Assembly (NCBI RefSeq): GCF_003918875.1
Contig: NW_025767274.1
Location: 558,001-622,000 of the forward strand
Reading direction: 5' to 3'
DNA: 64,000 nt
Source of the DNA: Haliotis rubra
Lineage: Eukaryota
Shown here: piece by piece, positions 14,240-27,402 of the stretch
How positions within the stretch are numbered: position 1 is the stretch's first letter
Layout: the number at the start of each line of letters is the position of its first letter
Program-made: the position numbers and the translations under genes
Notes under the pieces: generated by a model
Told to the model about the DNA's origin: nothing
Database searches by the model: none
What the model saw: only the letters and a program-made list of their open reading frames with translations

Positions 14240-14341
14240 GGCCTAGATTTTCGAAGCTCTCTTAGAGCTAAGATAGTCGTAAGGTAACGTTAATGCACTT
14301 ACAACCATCTTAGCGTTAAGAGAGCTTTGAAAATCTAGGCC
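14240..14341. mobile_element. Palindromic MITE with GGCC termini and CAG TSD (PIF/Harbinger-like)
   Basis: CAG|GGCCTAGATTTTCGAAGCTCTCTTA...TAAGAGAGCTTTGAAAATCTAGGCC|CAG. Confidence 0.85.
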
Positions 14342-14539
14342 CAGAACTGACATTCTAAAATGGCATTGTGTATTTCATAGGCCCAGAACCACAGGATTCA
14401 CAAAACAACAGCAACGATTAGTCTGAGCGTCAGAGTTCAAGAATGAAAGTAGCGACCATGTTAGTGTTACGACAAGCGTAAGTCAATGTTCAGGTAAGTG
14501 ATGTGATCATCTCAGCACTACAATGGTCATAAATAAGTA

Positions 14540-14723
14540 CTGTAAACGTATTATATATCGCGCAGGTTTTATTTTCTGGTTGTTTTCATTGCTATTAGTG
14601 GCGGCCTAAGAGACAGCTGGCAGTTCCGGCAATTACTGATTGCGCGAATACTTGACCACACAATGTTGTCTAAACTGTCAATTCCGCGAAATTTGCACCA
14701 AGCAAAAAAAAGTATGTTTATAG
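14540..14723. mobile_element. Degenerate TA-flanked MITE (Tc1/mariner-like)
   Basis: TA|CTGTAAACGTATT...AGTATGTTTATAG|TA with a CpG-rich interior. Confidence 0.55.
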
Positions 14724-15460
14724 TAAGTGTAGAAATATGGATGTTACAATCATTTTCTCAGTGCTATGATGACTGTAAGACAATGTCAAAAGTATCACAC
14801 TTCTGATCATCTTCATGTTACGACTGTCGTAAGTCATCTTAACAGTGGTTGTAAGTTAATGTTACAAGAAGGGAGCTGCAATTATTGCTGCAATCTATTT
14901 GTGCAAGTTGGCTCTGACAAGTAGTTCTTCTGAACACATCAGCAACCTGAAGCCATCTGTAGGTTCTGGTTATAGGGTTTCTCAGATCAGTGTTTACATG
15001 CAACTTACAGATGACATTCTTTCCATGTTAACGGATATTTAACTCAGTAGGCCACACTACAAGTGCATCATTATATAAATACTACTGGTCTGACAACTAA
15101 GGATTGCTTCAAGCCACCATCAACTGGGCTGCTGCATTGTGAGTAAGTGCAATCTGGTGATCAGTTCACAAACAACTTCACATTTATTGATAACAGAAAA
15201 CATTAGATAAGAAATATCTAGCCAGAAACACACTGAAAATGTCTAAATTTAGATTTAATGACGCACTATTTACGTGTTATGAGCAGTGATGTTTTTGCTG
15301 TTGGAAAAGAATGCTTGTATAATACACCCACTCCTTTACACAGCTGCATTGTTGGTAAAAGCATGCATTGTACCGTAGTAAATACCACATGCAGCTTAGG
15401 ACATGGGAGTACTCACAATATTCATTACATCAAACAAGGGATGAAAGTTTGTTGGACATG

Positions 15461-15688
15461 AGTGAGTGAGTTTGGTTTTACGCCGCACTCAGCAATGTTC
15501 CAGCTATATGGTGGCAGTCTGTGAATAATCAAGTCTGGACGAGATCAATCCAGTGATCAACAGCATGAGCATCGATCTGTGCAATTGGGAACTGATGACA
15601 TGTGTCAACCTAGTCAGCGAGCCTGACCACCTGATCCCGTTAGTCGCCTATTACAACAAGCATGGATTACATGAAGACCTTCACGGGT
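15461..15688 (-). mobile_element. SINE-like family 2: same 3' tail as family 1, non-tRNA head
   Basis: Tail GCTGGAACATTGCTGAGTGCGGCGTAAAACCAAACTCACTCACT. TSD ttggacatg at 15452/15693. Degenerate relatives at about 17690-17960 (-), 40640-40685 (+), 41340-41430 (+) and 44300-44420 (+). Confidence 0.85.
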
Positions 15689-15958
15689 GTTTTTGGACAT
15701 GGAATCAGACACAATTTGTTCATAAAATCAGTTGCACTACCTGTCATATTGCTTTAATATTAATAATAATAAGGCCTAGGACAAATTTCCCCCCTAGACT
15801 TAATCTTCCCCTTGAATCAACTTTAAAGGCTACGTCTTTCCCACACTTGTTCTTATATCAAAAGGGGTGATTCTGGGCTAGCTAGGCTATTTCTTCCTCA
15901 ACCTTGTTTTCACGCTTATGTTCGCCTTGAAAAAGTCAGAAACCAAACAAGACATAGC

Positions 15959-16060
15959 TATTCATGTGAACACATTGACAAGATATTCATGTGAACACAT
16001 TGACAAGATATTCATGTGAACACATTGACAAGATATTCATGTGAACACATTGACAAGATA
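15959..16060. repeat. 25-bp tandem repeat, 4 copies
   Basis: Perfect copies of tattcatgtgaacacattgacaaga. Confidence 0.95.
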
Positions 16061-16179
16061 TATGCAGTTCAAACATGAATGCATTCAAATCATTACACCC
16101 AAGTCAGAGGCAAGAATGGACCATTTGGTAAAAATGTGTACCAAAATTTAAGTCAAACTACTACTGTTGGTTTAATGTT

Positions 16180-16430
16180 TCTCCCCTTTAGTAATAACTG
16201 GGGAAGAAGTTCAGAATCTCCCCTTTAGATATAAGAGCAATGGTGGGGAAGAAGTAGCCTAGCTAGGCCAGAATCTCCCCTTTTTATATATAGCAATGGT
16301 GGGGAAGAAAGCCTAGCTAGGCCAGAATCTTCCCCCTTTTGATATTTAAGAGCAAGGGTGGGGAAGAAGTGGCCTAGCTAGCCCAGAACTTGTATTTCGT
16401 CATGGGGACAAGCCTAGCTAGCCCAGAACT
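16180..16430. repeat. About 60-bp degenerate tandem repeat, with an inverted copy at 15835-15905
   Basis: ggggaagaagtagcctagctaggccagaatctccccttt repeated; the reverse complement lies upstream. A SINE head fragment follows at about 16432-16484. Confidence 0.75.
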
Positions 16431-17780
16431 GTGTCTTCGTCATAACAAGCGAACACTTTAACCACTAGGCTACCCTACCGCCCCTGCCTAAGGTGAGGCC
16501 ACATGTATCACATATATAACATATAATATATTAGGTGACATATGTTAACGATGGTGCTCCAATATCACATGACATATATCAAACATTGTAATTTCCCATA
16601 CGCCAGTAGAGACTATGATTACACCATACATCTATAGCAGGAGAACAAGGTTAGAGAAGACTGTCCCATTGACCAACTGACATCATGACTGATGCTCCAG
16701 GGCATCAACGGCAGCCTGACGTTCTACACATCATCATTAAACATCAAACACACGGAACCAGTTCTCCTAGACAAACAGATAATTACCTGTCAAGGGATAA
16801 TACCATATATGGTGAGAAGTCAGTGCAAAGATGCTAATGGTATGCTAGTGCAACACTTTATCTTAACCAGAAATTGCAAAAAGTGAAAACAGTATATCAT
16901 CTCATGAAACCCATTATATCTACAGATATTTCTACATGCTTTTGAATGTTTGTCTTTTTTCCTTATCTTCAAGTTACCTGAACAGATAAACCTACTATGT
17001 TTTCAATTTAGAAAGTCAAACACAGACGTTTTACCCATAACTATAAAGGTATCAAACTGTTTTTGAAACCTAATAAACTGAAATAAAATCTGAAAAATTT
17101 ATAGGTATTGAATTGGATTTCAAGCCTCTAATTTGAAATGACAGTCATTATATATTCTTTCTATCCTGAATAACTGACAAAATTCATGTACTCTGGGGAT
17201 AGGGTTGAGTGATGTGGCTTTGCTTATCTTATGAGTACATTGAAATAAATTTGTGAAAATGTGTGAAACTTGCAGTTAATCTTCATATAATTGCTAGCAT
17301 ACAATCAAACCATTATTCACAAGATGATCCTTAAACCACTTCATGCATCAAGCACAGACATCCTGTTCACGTTATTCAGTCTCCCTAAAGATAATAAAGT
17401 GATTCTTCAACTTTTAGTTTGAAACTACAGAGTGCTTTATGGAAAATATGAAAGGGATTCAATCATTGTGACGTGAATGACATAACATCAACATGTGTGG
17501 TAGATTAGATTTTCAAATGTCAAAATGATCAAGTTTTCCTTGTCAATTATATGGAACAACATCTCAAAAAGTCAAAGTTATTTGGCAACATTTTTTTAAC
17601 GTAAGATCATTGTTTGAATTTTTATCTTGATTAGTGTCACAATACAGTGTCCCAGCAATATGACAAAGACTTGAAAATAATGACTTTGGCCTGACAATCC
17701 AGTGATCAATATTAAGAGCAGTGATCCATGTCATCATGGTAGGATGACACACATTCAACCAAGGCATACGGTCTGACCAT

Positions 17781-17890
17781 GACAAAGCTCTCGGTAGCCC
17801 TTCAACGTTTCAAGCAGTCGCACCTCCACTTTAACATAGGAGGTACAATAATGCTAATGGAGAAAAGTTACGAGACCTGAGAGCTTTGTC
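17781..17890. mobile_element. MITE remnant inserted in an old family-2 SINE
   Basis: Inverted ends gacaaagctctc...gagagctttgtc, similar to the 25668 MITE. Confidence 0.6.
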
Positions 17891-17970
17891 CTGGGCCCTG
17901 ATCCATTATATCACCTCTCATAACCAGCACAGGCTGCTGGGGACCGGTTTAACCGGGAATCCAAACAGGG

Positions 17971-18111
17971 TACACTTTTAGCAATATTCCAGCAATACCA
18001 CTACAGGGGACACCAGAAATGGGCTTAACACATTGTATCCCTGTGGGGAATCAAACCTGGGCCTTCTGCGTGATGAACAAATGCTTTAATCACTAGACTA
18101 CTCCACTGCCC
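17971..18111 (-). mobile_element. tRNA-derived SINE family 1
   Basis: Head and body match the consensus; the tail is lost. Confidence 0.85.
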
Positions 18112-20378
18112 AAACTAAAAGCAGCAAAAAGTCACTAAATCACCCCCTAGCAATATTTCTCAGCTGCATTAGCAACATGTTTCAACCAACCACTGATAAA
18201 ACAAAGGAGAAAACATGACTTCGTGAACAAAGCATCTTCCATTCTTTTTATCCGCAGAAAAAAGTATAATGCTCAAAATATTGTTTAATGATTGCCTGCT
18301 GTATGTGGATGAACAAACTTGTTGTATATTTCACCCTGCCGTGAGGACATGGCGATGTTGCAACAACTAAACACTGATGTGTACTCACTGGCATGTCTAT
18401 AATTTTCTGTCAAAATATAACCTGAGGCTCAAATTAGAAAAAGAGATAATTGTCATCATCTAAAGAACTTCAAAGGAATCATTCTTGGAAAGAGGCAGCA
18501 TCTATTTTTGGCAATTAAACATCTTCAATAAATAACAAGAATTTAATTCTGACATTGCATATGAAACATATTGAGATATGAAAAACTGGTTCACTGTGAT
18601 CCTTGCAAGCCAAAAAAGATCAACCACAGTCTGAAATTACGAAAATATTTTTGCTTTTGATCCTCTGTAATCATCATGTTGGATATCTCCTCCCTGCAGC
18701 CAAACACTGTGTTCCATGACAGTCTGAATGCTGCCATCTTGCATGGTAAACGACATGCTGTTGGCATTGCTGTGTTGCCCAGCTGAAAAGCACACTATTA
18801 CACCGACTGATGTTGTTGAATTGACTTTTCTGCTATTGTGCCTTGCATACAAATAAACATTTCCTGAAATAACCAAACACAAGTTTCTTAAACAATCTCA
18901 AAAATGAAATTAATTTATGGAATTTTCATGTTGATATTATGTTGATATTGATTCATCCTGACATTGTCAAGTAACTTGGTGGTTTTCATGTTCACAGTGA
19001 CTTCAGAATACCATGAACCTTCTTCCCTTTCTACGTAGAATTTCATTGTCAGGAATTTCTCAAGATGTTCAATTACAATTTTTGTTCCCTTATAATTGTG
19101 ACATTAAAAAGTGAACAAAACCAAAAACACTATTCAATACATTCTGCCATTGTTATACATATATGTTTAATTTCTGGGAATACAAACAAGAAATAATTGT
19201 GTCATAGTGTTTTATGCAACTGTGAAACCTCATATTAAAAGTCCCTTCAAATATACATGTAATCCAGGACTGTACACCACAGGACCCTGTTTGGACCTTC
19301 ACCCAGAGTTGCTATATCAGAGGAACTATATTTTCAACTCTTGTATCATATGCCTATCATGCATCCCTGTTTAACACACACTCATATTCCAGCCCAAAGG
19401 ATGATTACCAATTTCGTACATTTTTAAAGAAAACAGCCATACCACATCCTCAACTCCCGATAAAAAATGTGATATTACAGTTTGTCCTCAAACCATCACT
19501 GACATGACATATGTGCAGAAAGCAACATTGTAATTTTTTAAACTTTGTTATTTCATCACGCAAGTTGCACAATAATCCCCTAGGGTGGAACCGAAGCCCG
19601 GCCAAGTTTGTTCTCATCTGCAGTATTGTCAACACGCGATGATTCCACAAGCTCCAGACACTGGCCCTGGTACCTAGTCAACACAAAACCTTGCTTGGAG
19701 GCAGTGATTATGTGAGGGTATTTTGGACTGGTAAATGCTCGGGGAGAGATGGGTAATTGTGTGCTAACTACCTGCTTTGGTCGTCACATAGCCATCTCTC
19801 CAGGGATTCATTATGTGATTATTGGCTACATTAGTTCATCCACGGAGATCACACGATATTGATCTCTCGTTTCTGCAGTGATGACAGCATCCTGCTAGTA
19901 TCGCTTCCCTTCTCTCTGTGTCTCTGCCCTCATTGCCTGATTCACCAGTCATGTTCCCCTTGTGGAAGATGGAGGACAACTGTGCACTAACTTAACCTGC
20001 TTGTGCACGACTATAAATCATCAATATATACAAACTTTAACTTGTATGAAAGCATCCGTTTGGCAGTTCATATGGGTTTATTTGCAATTTAATCCACCAT
20101 GCACACAATTTAAGCAAAAGATTTCAAATCTAGTTTCCTTTCTCAAGGTTTCAGTCAGTCCTTTGATATCAGAATTTTTGTTCCATTTTTCAGGATTTAT
20201 GCCAAAAACATTCTGTTATCTTCTGAAGTTCATGCATGTAAAGATTTTTTTCAGCCTATTAGTTATTGGTTGATATTTAGTTTAAAAAATGCATTTAATA
20301 AAGTAATCACACACAGAGGTAACAAAGTTAAAGCCTGACTTTATGACAAAAGGTGGATATTGATATGTCCTTTGTATG

Positions 20379-21610
20379 GTACACCTGCTGTTCGAATGCT
20401 TTCATGTGAAAAAGATATGGAAGGAAGTATAAAAATGGCTTAGAACTGTTTCAGAGGGTGAAATGAATTTTTCTCTAGAGAATATTATATTTGGATTTAA
20501 AGGCAAACACAATAATCCATTGAATGCTGTAATCTTGGTGGTTAAAGAAGCTATCTATAGAAGAAGCAGAAAAAAGCAAACTCTGAATATTAGATATATT
20601 AAAGCAGAAGTCATCAAATATTATGAAGCAACAAAAATGATAGCTTTTTCAAATTGTAATTATGCCAATTTTTTAGCTTCTGGTCCTCCTTCCATACATT
20701 ATTTGCCAATAATTAAACTTTTATCAACAGAATTGTGTAACATGTAAACACTTTATATACATGCTTAGTTTGACCATTTCACATATCTGTGAACAGCATG
20801 AGATTCGACAATGTGATCAAGGAAACACTACTTGTGTACTATGGGGCTACCTGTACTGTACTGTACTACTGAGGTAAAGTCCGTAAACATGTAACACTTC
20901 ATATACATGCTTAGTTTGACCATTTTACATATTTGGGAATAGCATGATATTTGACAATGAGATCAAGGAAACACTGTACTTGTGTACTAGGAGGCTACCT
21001 GTACTGTACTATACTGTACTGTACTGAACTGTACTACCAAGGTAAAATCTGTAAACATGTAACACTCATATACATGCTTAGTTTGACCATTTTACATATT
21101 TGGGAATAGCATGATATGGGACAATATGATCAAGGAAACACTGTACTTGTGTACTAGGAGGCTACCTGTACTGTACTGTACTGTACTACTGAGGTAAAAT
21201 CTGTAAACAAGTAACACTTCATATACATGCTTAGTTTGACCATTTTACATATTTATGTACTATGAGGCTACCTGTACTGTACTGTACTACTGAGGTAGAA
21301 TCTGTAAACATGTAACACTTCATATACATGCTTAGTTTGACCATTTTACATATTTATGTACTATGAGGCTACCTGTACTGTACTGTACTACTGAGATAAA
21401 GTCTGTAAACATGTAATACTTCACGTACGTACTTAGTTAGACCATTTTGCATATTTGTGAACAGCATGATGTTAGAGCAAGTGACAAAGGAAACACTGTA
21501 CTTGTGTACAATGAAACTATTTGTACTGTACTGTGTACTACCGAGGTAAAATCTGTAAACATAATTCTGGGAATAAAAACATGAAAAAAAGAAAAAGAAA
21601 TAAATAAATA
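20379..21610 (+). mobile_element. 3' fragment of an L1/Tx1-group LINE: ORF2 C-terminus, repeat-expanded 3' UTR and A-rich tail
   Basis: Frame of ORF 20463 extended upstream reads VHLLFECFHVKKIWKEV*KWL...FSLENIIFG...LNAVILVVKEAIYR, the typical end of the L1-clade zinc-knuckle region (HLxxxC..V..IW). AATAAA at 21572, then an A-rich tail to 21610. Confidence 0.75.
20740..21562. repeat. Variable-length (about 100-170 bp) tandem repeat, about 6 copies, with internal (TACTG)n
   Basis: gtaaacatgtaacacttcatatacatgcttagtttgaccatttt recurs near 20743, 20883, 21050, 21203, 21303 and 21404. Confidence 0.9.
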
Positions 21611-21639
21611 TTGTTTGAATTGCCATGAACTAACATAGA

Positions 21640-21799
21640 GTGTGTATTTAGTTTTACGCCGCTTTTAGCAATATACCAGCAGTATCACAGAGGGGGACAC
21701 CAGAAATGGACTTTAAACATAGTACCCATGTGGGGAATCGAACCCAGGTCTCTAGCGTGATGAACCAATGCTTCAACCACTTGGCTATCCCACCGCCCC
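21640..21799 (-). mobile_element. tRNA-derived SINE family 1
   Basis: Exact 14-bp TSD tgaactaacataga at 21626/21800. Confidence 0.93.
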
Positions 21800-23758
21800 T
21801 GAACTAACATAGACTTATAATGATCTAAATGAAATTAGTCAGAAACTAATATAGAATTGTAAAGAACTAATAATTCTTACCGTGAAAAAACACAGGCCTA
21901 CTCTAATCTGAAATAGACTGACCATGAACTGATATAGTCTAATCATTAACAATATATATAGGCATCATCAACTTTTGTTGACTTATCATGAATAAATGCT
22001 TATCATGAATCAATTTAGATGTATCATGATCTACAACAGATTTCATATAAACTAATATAGGCTAACAAAAACGATATAGGTTTAATATGACTTAATTTAT
22101 GGCTTACAATGAACTAATGCAGATTCTAAGTGTTGTAATACAGGCTATAAGCTGAAAAAAACCCACTAATACACTCTTGATATGAACTAATATAAGCTTA
22201 AAATGAACAAATATAAACCAACTAAAACTGATACAGGCTTACAATTGCTTACTACAGGCATTGCAGGAACAAACATAGGCTTAACATGAACGAATATATT
22301 GCATGAGCCCACACACAAGCGGTCTAAGTAACTCTTGAATTAAAATGAGAAAAACAAAATATATTCTTATATCACCTATGTTACTCAGTTTTAAACAGGA
22401 CTTATCTTAATACATTTTTTTTTAAACAGTTCCTTATGAAATTCATGTTCATCAGAATTTAACCCCCAAATCTGTAAACACTCCATGATATCTAACCCTG
22501 TAATATTAGTGTACATGTGCTTGTTCTCCCAAGAATAATGAACTATTCACCGTGTAGAGTACAAGCATTCCTGAGGCAGGCTTCATCAAGAATTTGCAGC
22601 TTTCAAATCTTAAGAATTTATATCATGAAGTTGTAAAACAATTTAGGTTCTTTTAAACAAAAAAGTTAAACACATTTTAATTATTTGTTTTAATTTCCAG
22701 TGTAAAACTGCATCGAAGATACAAATCAGTCTAATTAGCTTTGCCTCTGAGATTCTTGACACAAACACTCAATTATTTACAGGGAAAGGTATGAATAACA
22801 AATGATGATTTGTCCGCTTCGTCATGTTTTCAGCCTCTGCTCCAATCAAGGTATCAATATCTAAACATAGGCTAAACTGCTGGAGTACTGATAGATTATT
22901 CACCTTAGCCCCTAAGTGAACTGTTCAACATGCTCAGACAGTGGGAATTTTTTCACAACCAACACCACAAGCCTAGTATTGTTAGTGTGACCGTCTGCTT
23001 CCCCTTCTGTCCAGGGACCATCCACACAGCTATCTATATAGCCCGAGGCAGTAGACAATAAATTATTTAACAAACGGAAATAGACAAAATCTAACCTGGA
23101 GACAAAACTAATTGTAACCTGTCACGTATCTGAATTGGCTTGACTGCATGCTGCCTGACTTGCAGAGCGGATCCGATTAAAGTGCCATGTATTAGATGTT
23201 CAAGGGACCCAGAAAAAACATCTCCTGATAAACTGATGTGTTTCCCAATCAGGAGACTGATTTCTGTGGCAGAATCTGGGGTAATTACTGGCTTTCCCAG
23301 CACTATAATCACCACACTTTATGAGAGAATGTAGTTAGTACTGACTTCTGAAATATTTATCTAAAGGACTTCAAAGGGTTATTTATTATCTTTTTTCTAT
23401 GACTAATTGATATTTCTTATATTGTTCCTATGAAATATTTCTTTACATACAGAATAATATTATTTCTGGACCCTTTATTGTTCTGAATGTATGATTACTT
23501 GCAGGAAAGGTAACTCTGACCATGTTCATAATTATATATTGTACATTTAGAGAGGCAATAAATCCCAATATACACTAGCATGATAAGATCCCTTGGTCAG
23601 TACTGGCCAGTGGTTTGTTGTGCATGAAAACTCATGATTGTGTAACATATTCTAATCCTTTTGATGAGGCATTATTCATTTTAGTGTAAGGTGGAAAGGT
23701 GTTTAATGTTGCATTCAAGATTATTGCACTTACACAGATATGTGTGTGAGAATGAATG

Positions 23759-23913
23759 AGTGAGTGAGTTGGGTTTTACGCTGCTTTTAGCAATATGCTA
23801 GTAATATCACAGTGGTGAACACCAGAAATGGGCTTCACACATTGTACCAATGTGGGGAATTGAACCCAGGCCTTTGGCGTGATGAGCAAACACTTTAACC
23901 ACTGGGCTACCCC
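23759..23913 (-). mobile_element. tRNA-derived SINE family 1
   Basis: TSD tgtgtgaga(a/g)tgaatg at 23743/23914. Confidence 0.9.
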
Positions 23914-24179
23914 TGTGTGAGAGTGAATGCATGTGGCTTCTTGCACTAGTGGGGGTTAGTCAGTATACCAAAGGAAGATGAATGTGCACCTCATTTCCAC
24001 TTCATTCAGATGTTGGCAGTGAAGCCTTGATATGGATGGTACCATTCTGAGTGAGGTCGTTTAGATCCACACATCATGGATACTTGGTGAAATTGGCTTT
24101 GATGCCACGTTCAAGACTATGGCACCTTTATTGTGACGTTCCATTGTGTTAGGCCACTGCAATTCTATTTTGCATTTTT

Positions 24180-24310
24180 ACATGGAAACCTTACCCAGAC
24201 ACAGTATACTAGTCCGAGCCCATCACTACTTGTCTTATAACCTAAATGTTGATTACCAGGAAGGTTACAATAGGTACCATCTTTAACTTTCTGTATGTAT
24301 GATGCAGCCA
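24180..24310 (-). mobile_element. Degenerate V-SINE-like fragment
   Basis: Reverse complement resembles 8140-8330 and 27460-27570. Confidence 0.5.
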
Positions 24311-25465
24311 AACCCTTGCTTCACATAACCAGACAATTATACCAGGAACAATAGTGTCTGGATAAACAGGGTTCATTGTACTTAATTACACTTTTACGTC
24401 AACAGACTATTTTGGGAACTTGTTTGATAGTTTAACGTGGGTGTTTGAGGAGACGCACCTATTCATGATAATATCATCCTCAAAGTACCCAAATTGATCA
24501 CGACAATCCCCATGAGAGGAAGTTATATCAATTTTGTGAAAAGTACAAGATAAAAAATTATCTCCTATTGGATTTTTGCAAAGAGACATCTAATAAATCC
24601 CTGTTGTAAATCTACCAAGGTTGTTGATTGGCTGGTTGGTAAAGCAACCATGAATTTCATTGGTGCATGTGGAAAGCTGTTGATCTTGAGCAGAGAGCTG
24701 TACATCTTACAGCCTGGCAAGTCATTAGATATGATATGTGAGGGGGAAATCATCATAAATAGTTTGTCAATCAATACAGATAGGAGCATGGACTTGACTG
24801 AATTGAAGGCCTGATCAATGGAGGGGAAAACTGGGCCATGAATGCATCCAAATGTTTGATCTTCCCTCTCTGTCTTTGCTGGTGAACAGATGAATTTCTC
24901 TGATGAATCTCAGAGTTGCTCACTCACCAGAAATTGACAGTGCAAATTAGCATGGGCTTCGTCATGTTGGCGTAAATTGATAAAATTTGTGTTGCGTGCC
25001 TTGTGATTTGTACATTCAGACACATCCATCAGGGCCTGCACCGCTGTGCAGCCAGGCCCTGGAGTATTTCATGCCCAACAAATCATGAAAAGTTGCATAT
25101 TTAAGACATTGTATTCAGTAAATGGCATAACATTCGATTTTTAATATGGGATGGTGTTATTTCAATACATTTTGTTAAAAAAGAAAGAAAGGGATATTTG
25201 GGTGGAAGAAATGCTGAGATGATGGGTAATTATTTTGGTATGACATGCTGATGACAAGCAAGCTGAATCTGGTGGAAGGTATACATGAAAGAGGTGTGGA
25301 TCTCTGGTCATTACACATCAACCCACCACTTAGATGATTATCCTTGTGACTAGCTTGACAGACACTCTTGTAACAAGTGTGTCCTTGTCAAGACACTTCC
25401 ACAGTTCCTCAGCACTAACTCGACAGCCTACCAGTGATGATATTCCTCAGTCTTTGAGCTAGCAA

Positions 25466-25531
25466 GTGAGTGAGTGAGTGAGTGAGTGAGTGAGTGAGTG
25501 AGTGAGTGAGTGAGTGAGTGAGTGAGTGAGG
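25466..25531. repeat. (GAGT)n microsatellite
   Basis: About 16 perfect units; same motif and strand as the SINE tails. Confidence 0.95.
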
Positions 25532-25667
25532 TTCTCATATTTATAGTTCATTCAGGTCTTGTCTATGCTTTTGTTTACCAAGGCGTTGGATGTATAGTTG
25601 TATTCACGTTTCAAACCACACTGAAATATATGTACAGCCAAGAATGGACAAATATATTAGCCTCCAG

Positions 25668-25815
25668 GGCCCCGTTTCACAAAGCTCTCGTAAGCCTAAG
25701 ATCTAGTAACTTTTCTCATAGCATTCGTACCTCCTATACTGAAACACACGGAGTATGAATGCTACGAGAAATGTTACGAGATCTTAGGCTTACGAGAGTT
25801 TTGTGAAACGGGGCC
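25668..25815. mobile_element. Palindromic MITE with CAG TSD (PIF/Harbinger-like)
   Basis: CAG|GGCCCCGTTTCACAAAGCTCTCGTAAGCCTAAGAT...ATCTTAGGCTTACGAGAGTTTTGTGAAACGGGGCC|CAG. Confidence 0.92.
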
Positions 25816-26065
25816 CAGCACTATGCTATGTAAGTTTTAATATTAGCCTTGAAGCAGAGAAATATTTAATAGTTTCGACTTTGTGTGCATTTGCATCTGA
25901 CTTTGCTCATGCTCAAGTTGGATGTACAAGGGAAAATGTTGATACCTGCAGACATAATAGAACTGCAAAACCTGAAGGAGTGTGTACATATTGTAACTTG
26001 ATATCGAAGATCTGTAACATTTCACCCTTTTCATATAAGATATCAAAAAGCAACACATACCAAAT

Positions 26066-26116
26066 TGAATGAATGAATGAATGAATATGAATGAATGAAT
26101 GAATGAATGAATGAAT
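26066..26116. repeat. (GAAT)n microsatellite
   Basis: Direct reading. Confidence 0.9.
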
Positions 26117-27258
26117 AAAAACTCCAGTAAAGCCATTCATTCGCCTTATGACAACCACAAATTATCAACATTTAAAATCTGTTAGGTTATATTTCAAATA
26201 TGCCTTCAAGAGCAGAAATGTACAGAAATGACTCGTGAGTTGTTGTTGAAATGAACCTGTACTGTGTTGTATGCACTGTAAGTATATATGGGCCTATGGC
26301 CTTTCATACAATAAACACTTGATTTGAATATCCATCTAATGAGATATTTACCAAAAAGAAAATTGTTTTGGAAACATAAATAAACTGAAAGGACAATTGA
26401 GTATCATTTCTTGTTTCGGTCCCAGTACAAACTCACTACAGAAGAAATAAACTTAACATTTGTCCAATAACAAATATCTACCAAATGTCAATTTCCAAGC
26501 TTTGCAAAACATACAAATTAAATGCCCCAAATGTGGTAGATGTGAATGGAGGTAGCCGAGGGAGTATTTTCCAGTCCCCCGTGACTACCATCATCCAGGC
26601 AATCAGCAGTCATACGGCATCATGCAAGACCGACTCATTCACCATACACAGCTGTGTGGCTCTCACACTGCCTTTCTCCGTGCTCCCGACACGTTTATTG
26701 AACCAACTGGTAGACGAGGCACGCAATAGGATCTTCTCCTCCATCCCTGTTAATTTTGGGGACTGTAAGAAGCTCTCTTCTTCAAACTCACCGATACTGA
26801 GCATATCCGCTGTAATTTTTGAGAGTTTGTCAGAGGCACAACTGACAAATGTTTGATATCTGTCGGACGAGGCTCGAGCTGAGAGAAGCAGATCCCAGGG
26901 CGATAATCAGATCTGGCAAACAAGTGCCGGCTCAACACAAGTTTTGTCGCTGGGTGATGCCATGAAAGCTGCTAAATTAGATTTCGGCATTTCTTTACAG
27001 GCTCACTCGTTGAGATAGAGTGACACACTCTTGACTCAGTGTGTTTTTACCTCTGCCTTTAACGAAACATTTCATTGCACGTTAGAGTTTAATCAGCTCA
27101 AACTAGACTTTGTCTTGCACTGGTGAGGGAAAGAAACATATCTATTCTATACTACACAGGATGTACTTAAGGTACTTATATTAACCGCACTACTCACTTA
27201 CATGGTGGTAAAATATGGAGTAGACTGTCATCTAATTAACAACTAAAAGTCTAATACT

Positions 27259-27401
27259 GTGAGTGAGTGAGTTGGGCTTTATATCACTTTCAGCAATATT
27301 CCCTTCAGCATCATGATGGGGAACACTGAATATGGAAAACCAAACCTGGGCCTTTGGTGTTAGGAGCAAACACTTTAACCACTAGGCTACCCTACTGCCT
27401 C
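27259..27401 (-). mobile_element. Degenerate SINE family 1 with an internal deletion
   Basis: (GAGT) tail, cagcaatattcc and the head ctttaaccactaggctaccctactgcc. Confidence 0.75.
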
Positions 27402-27402
27402 T

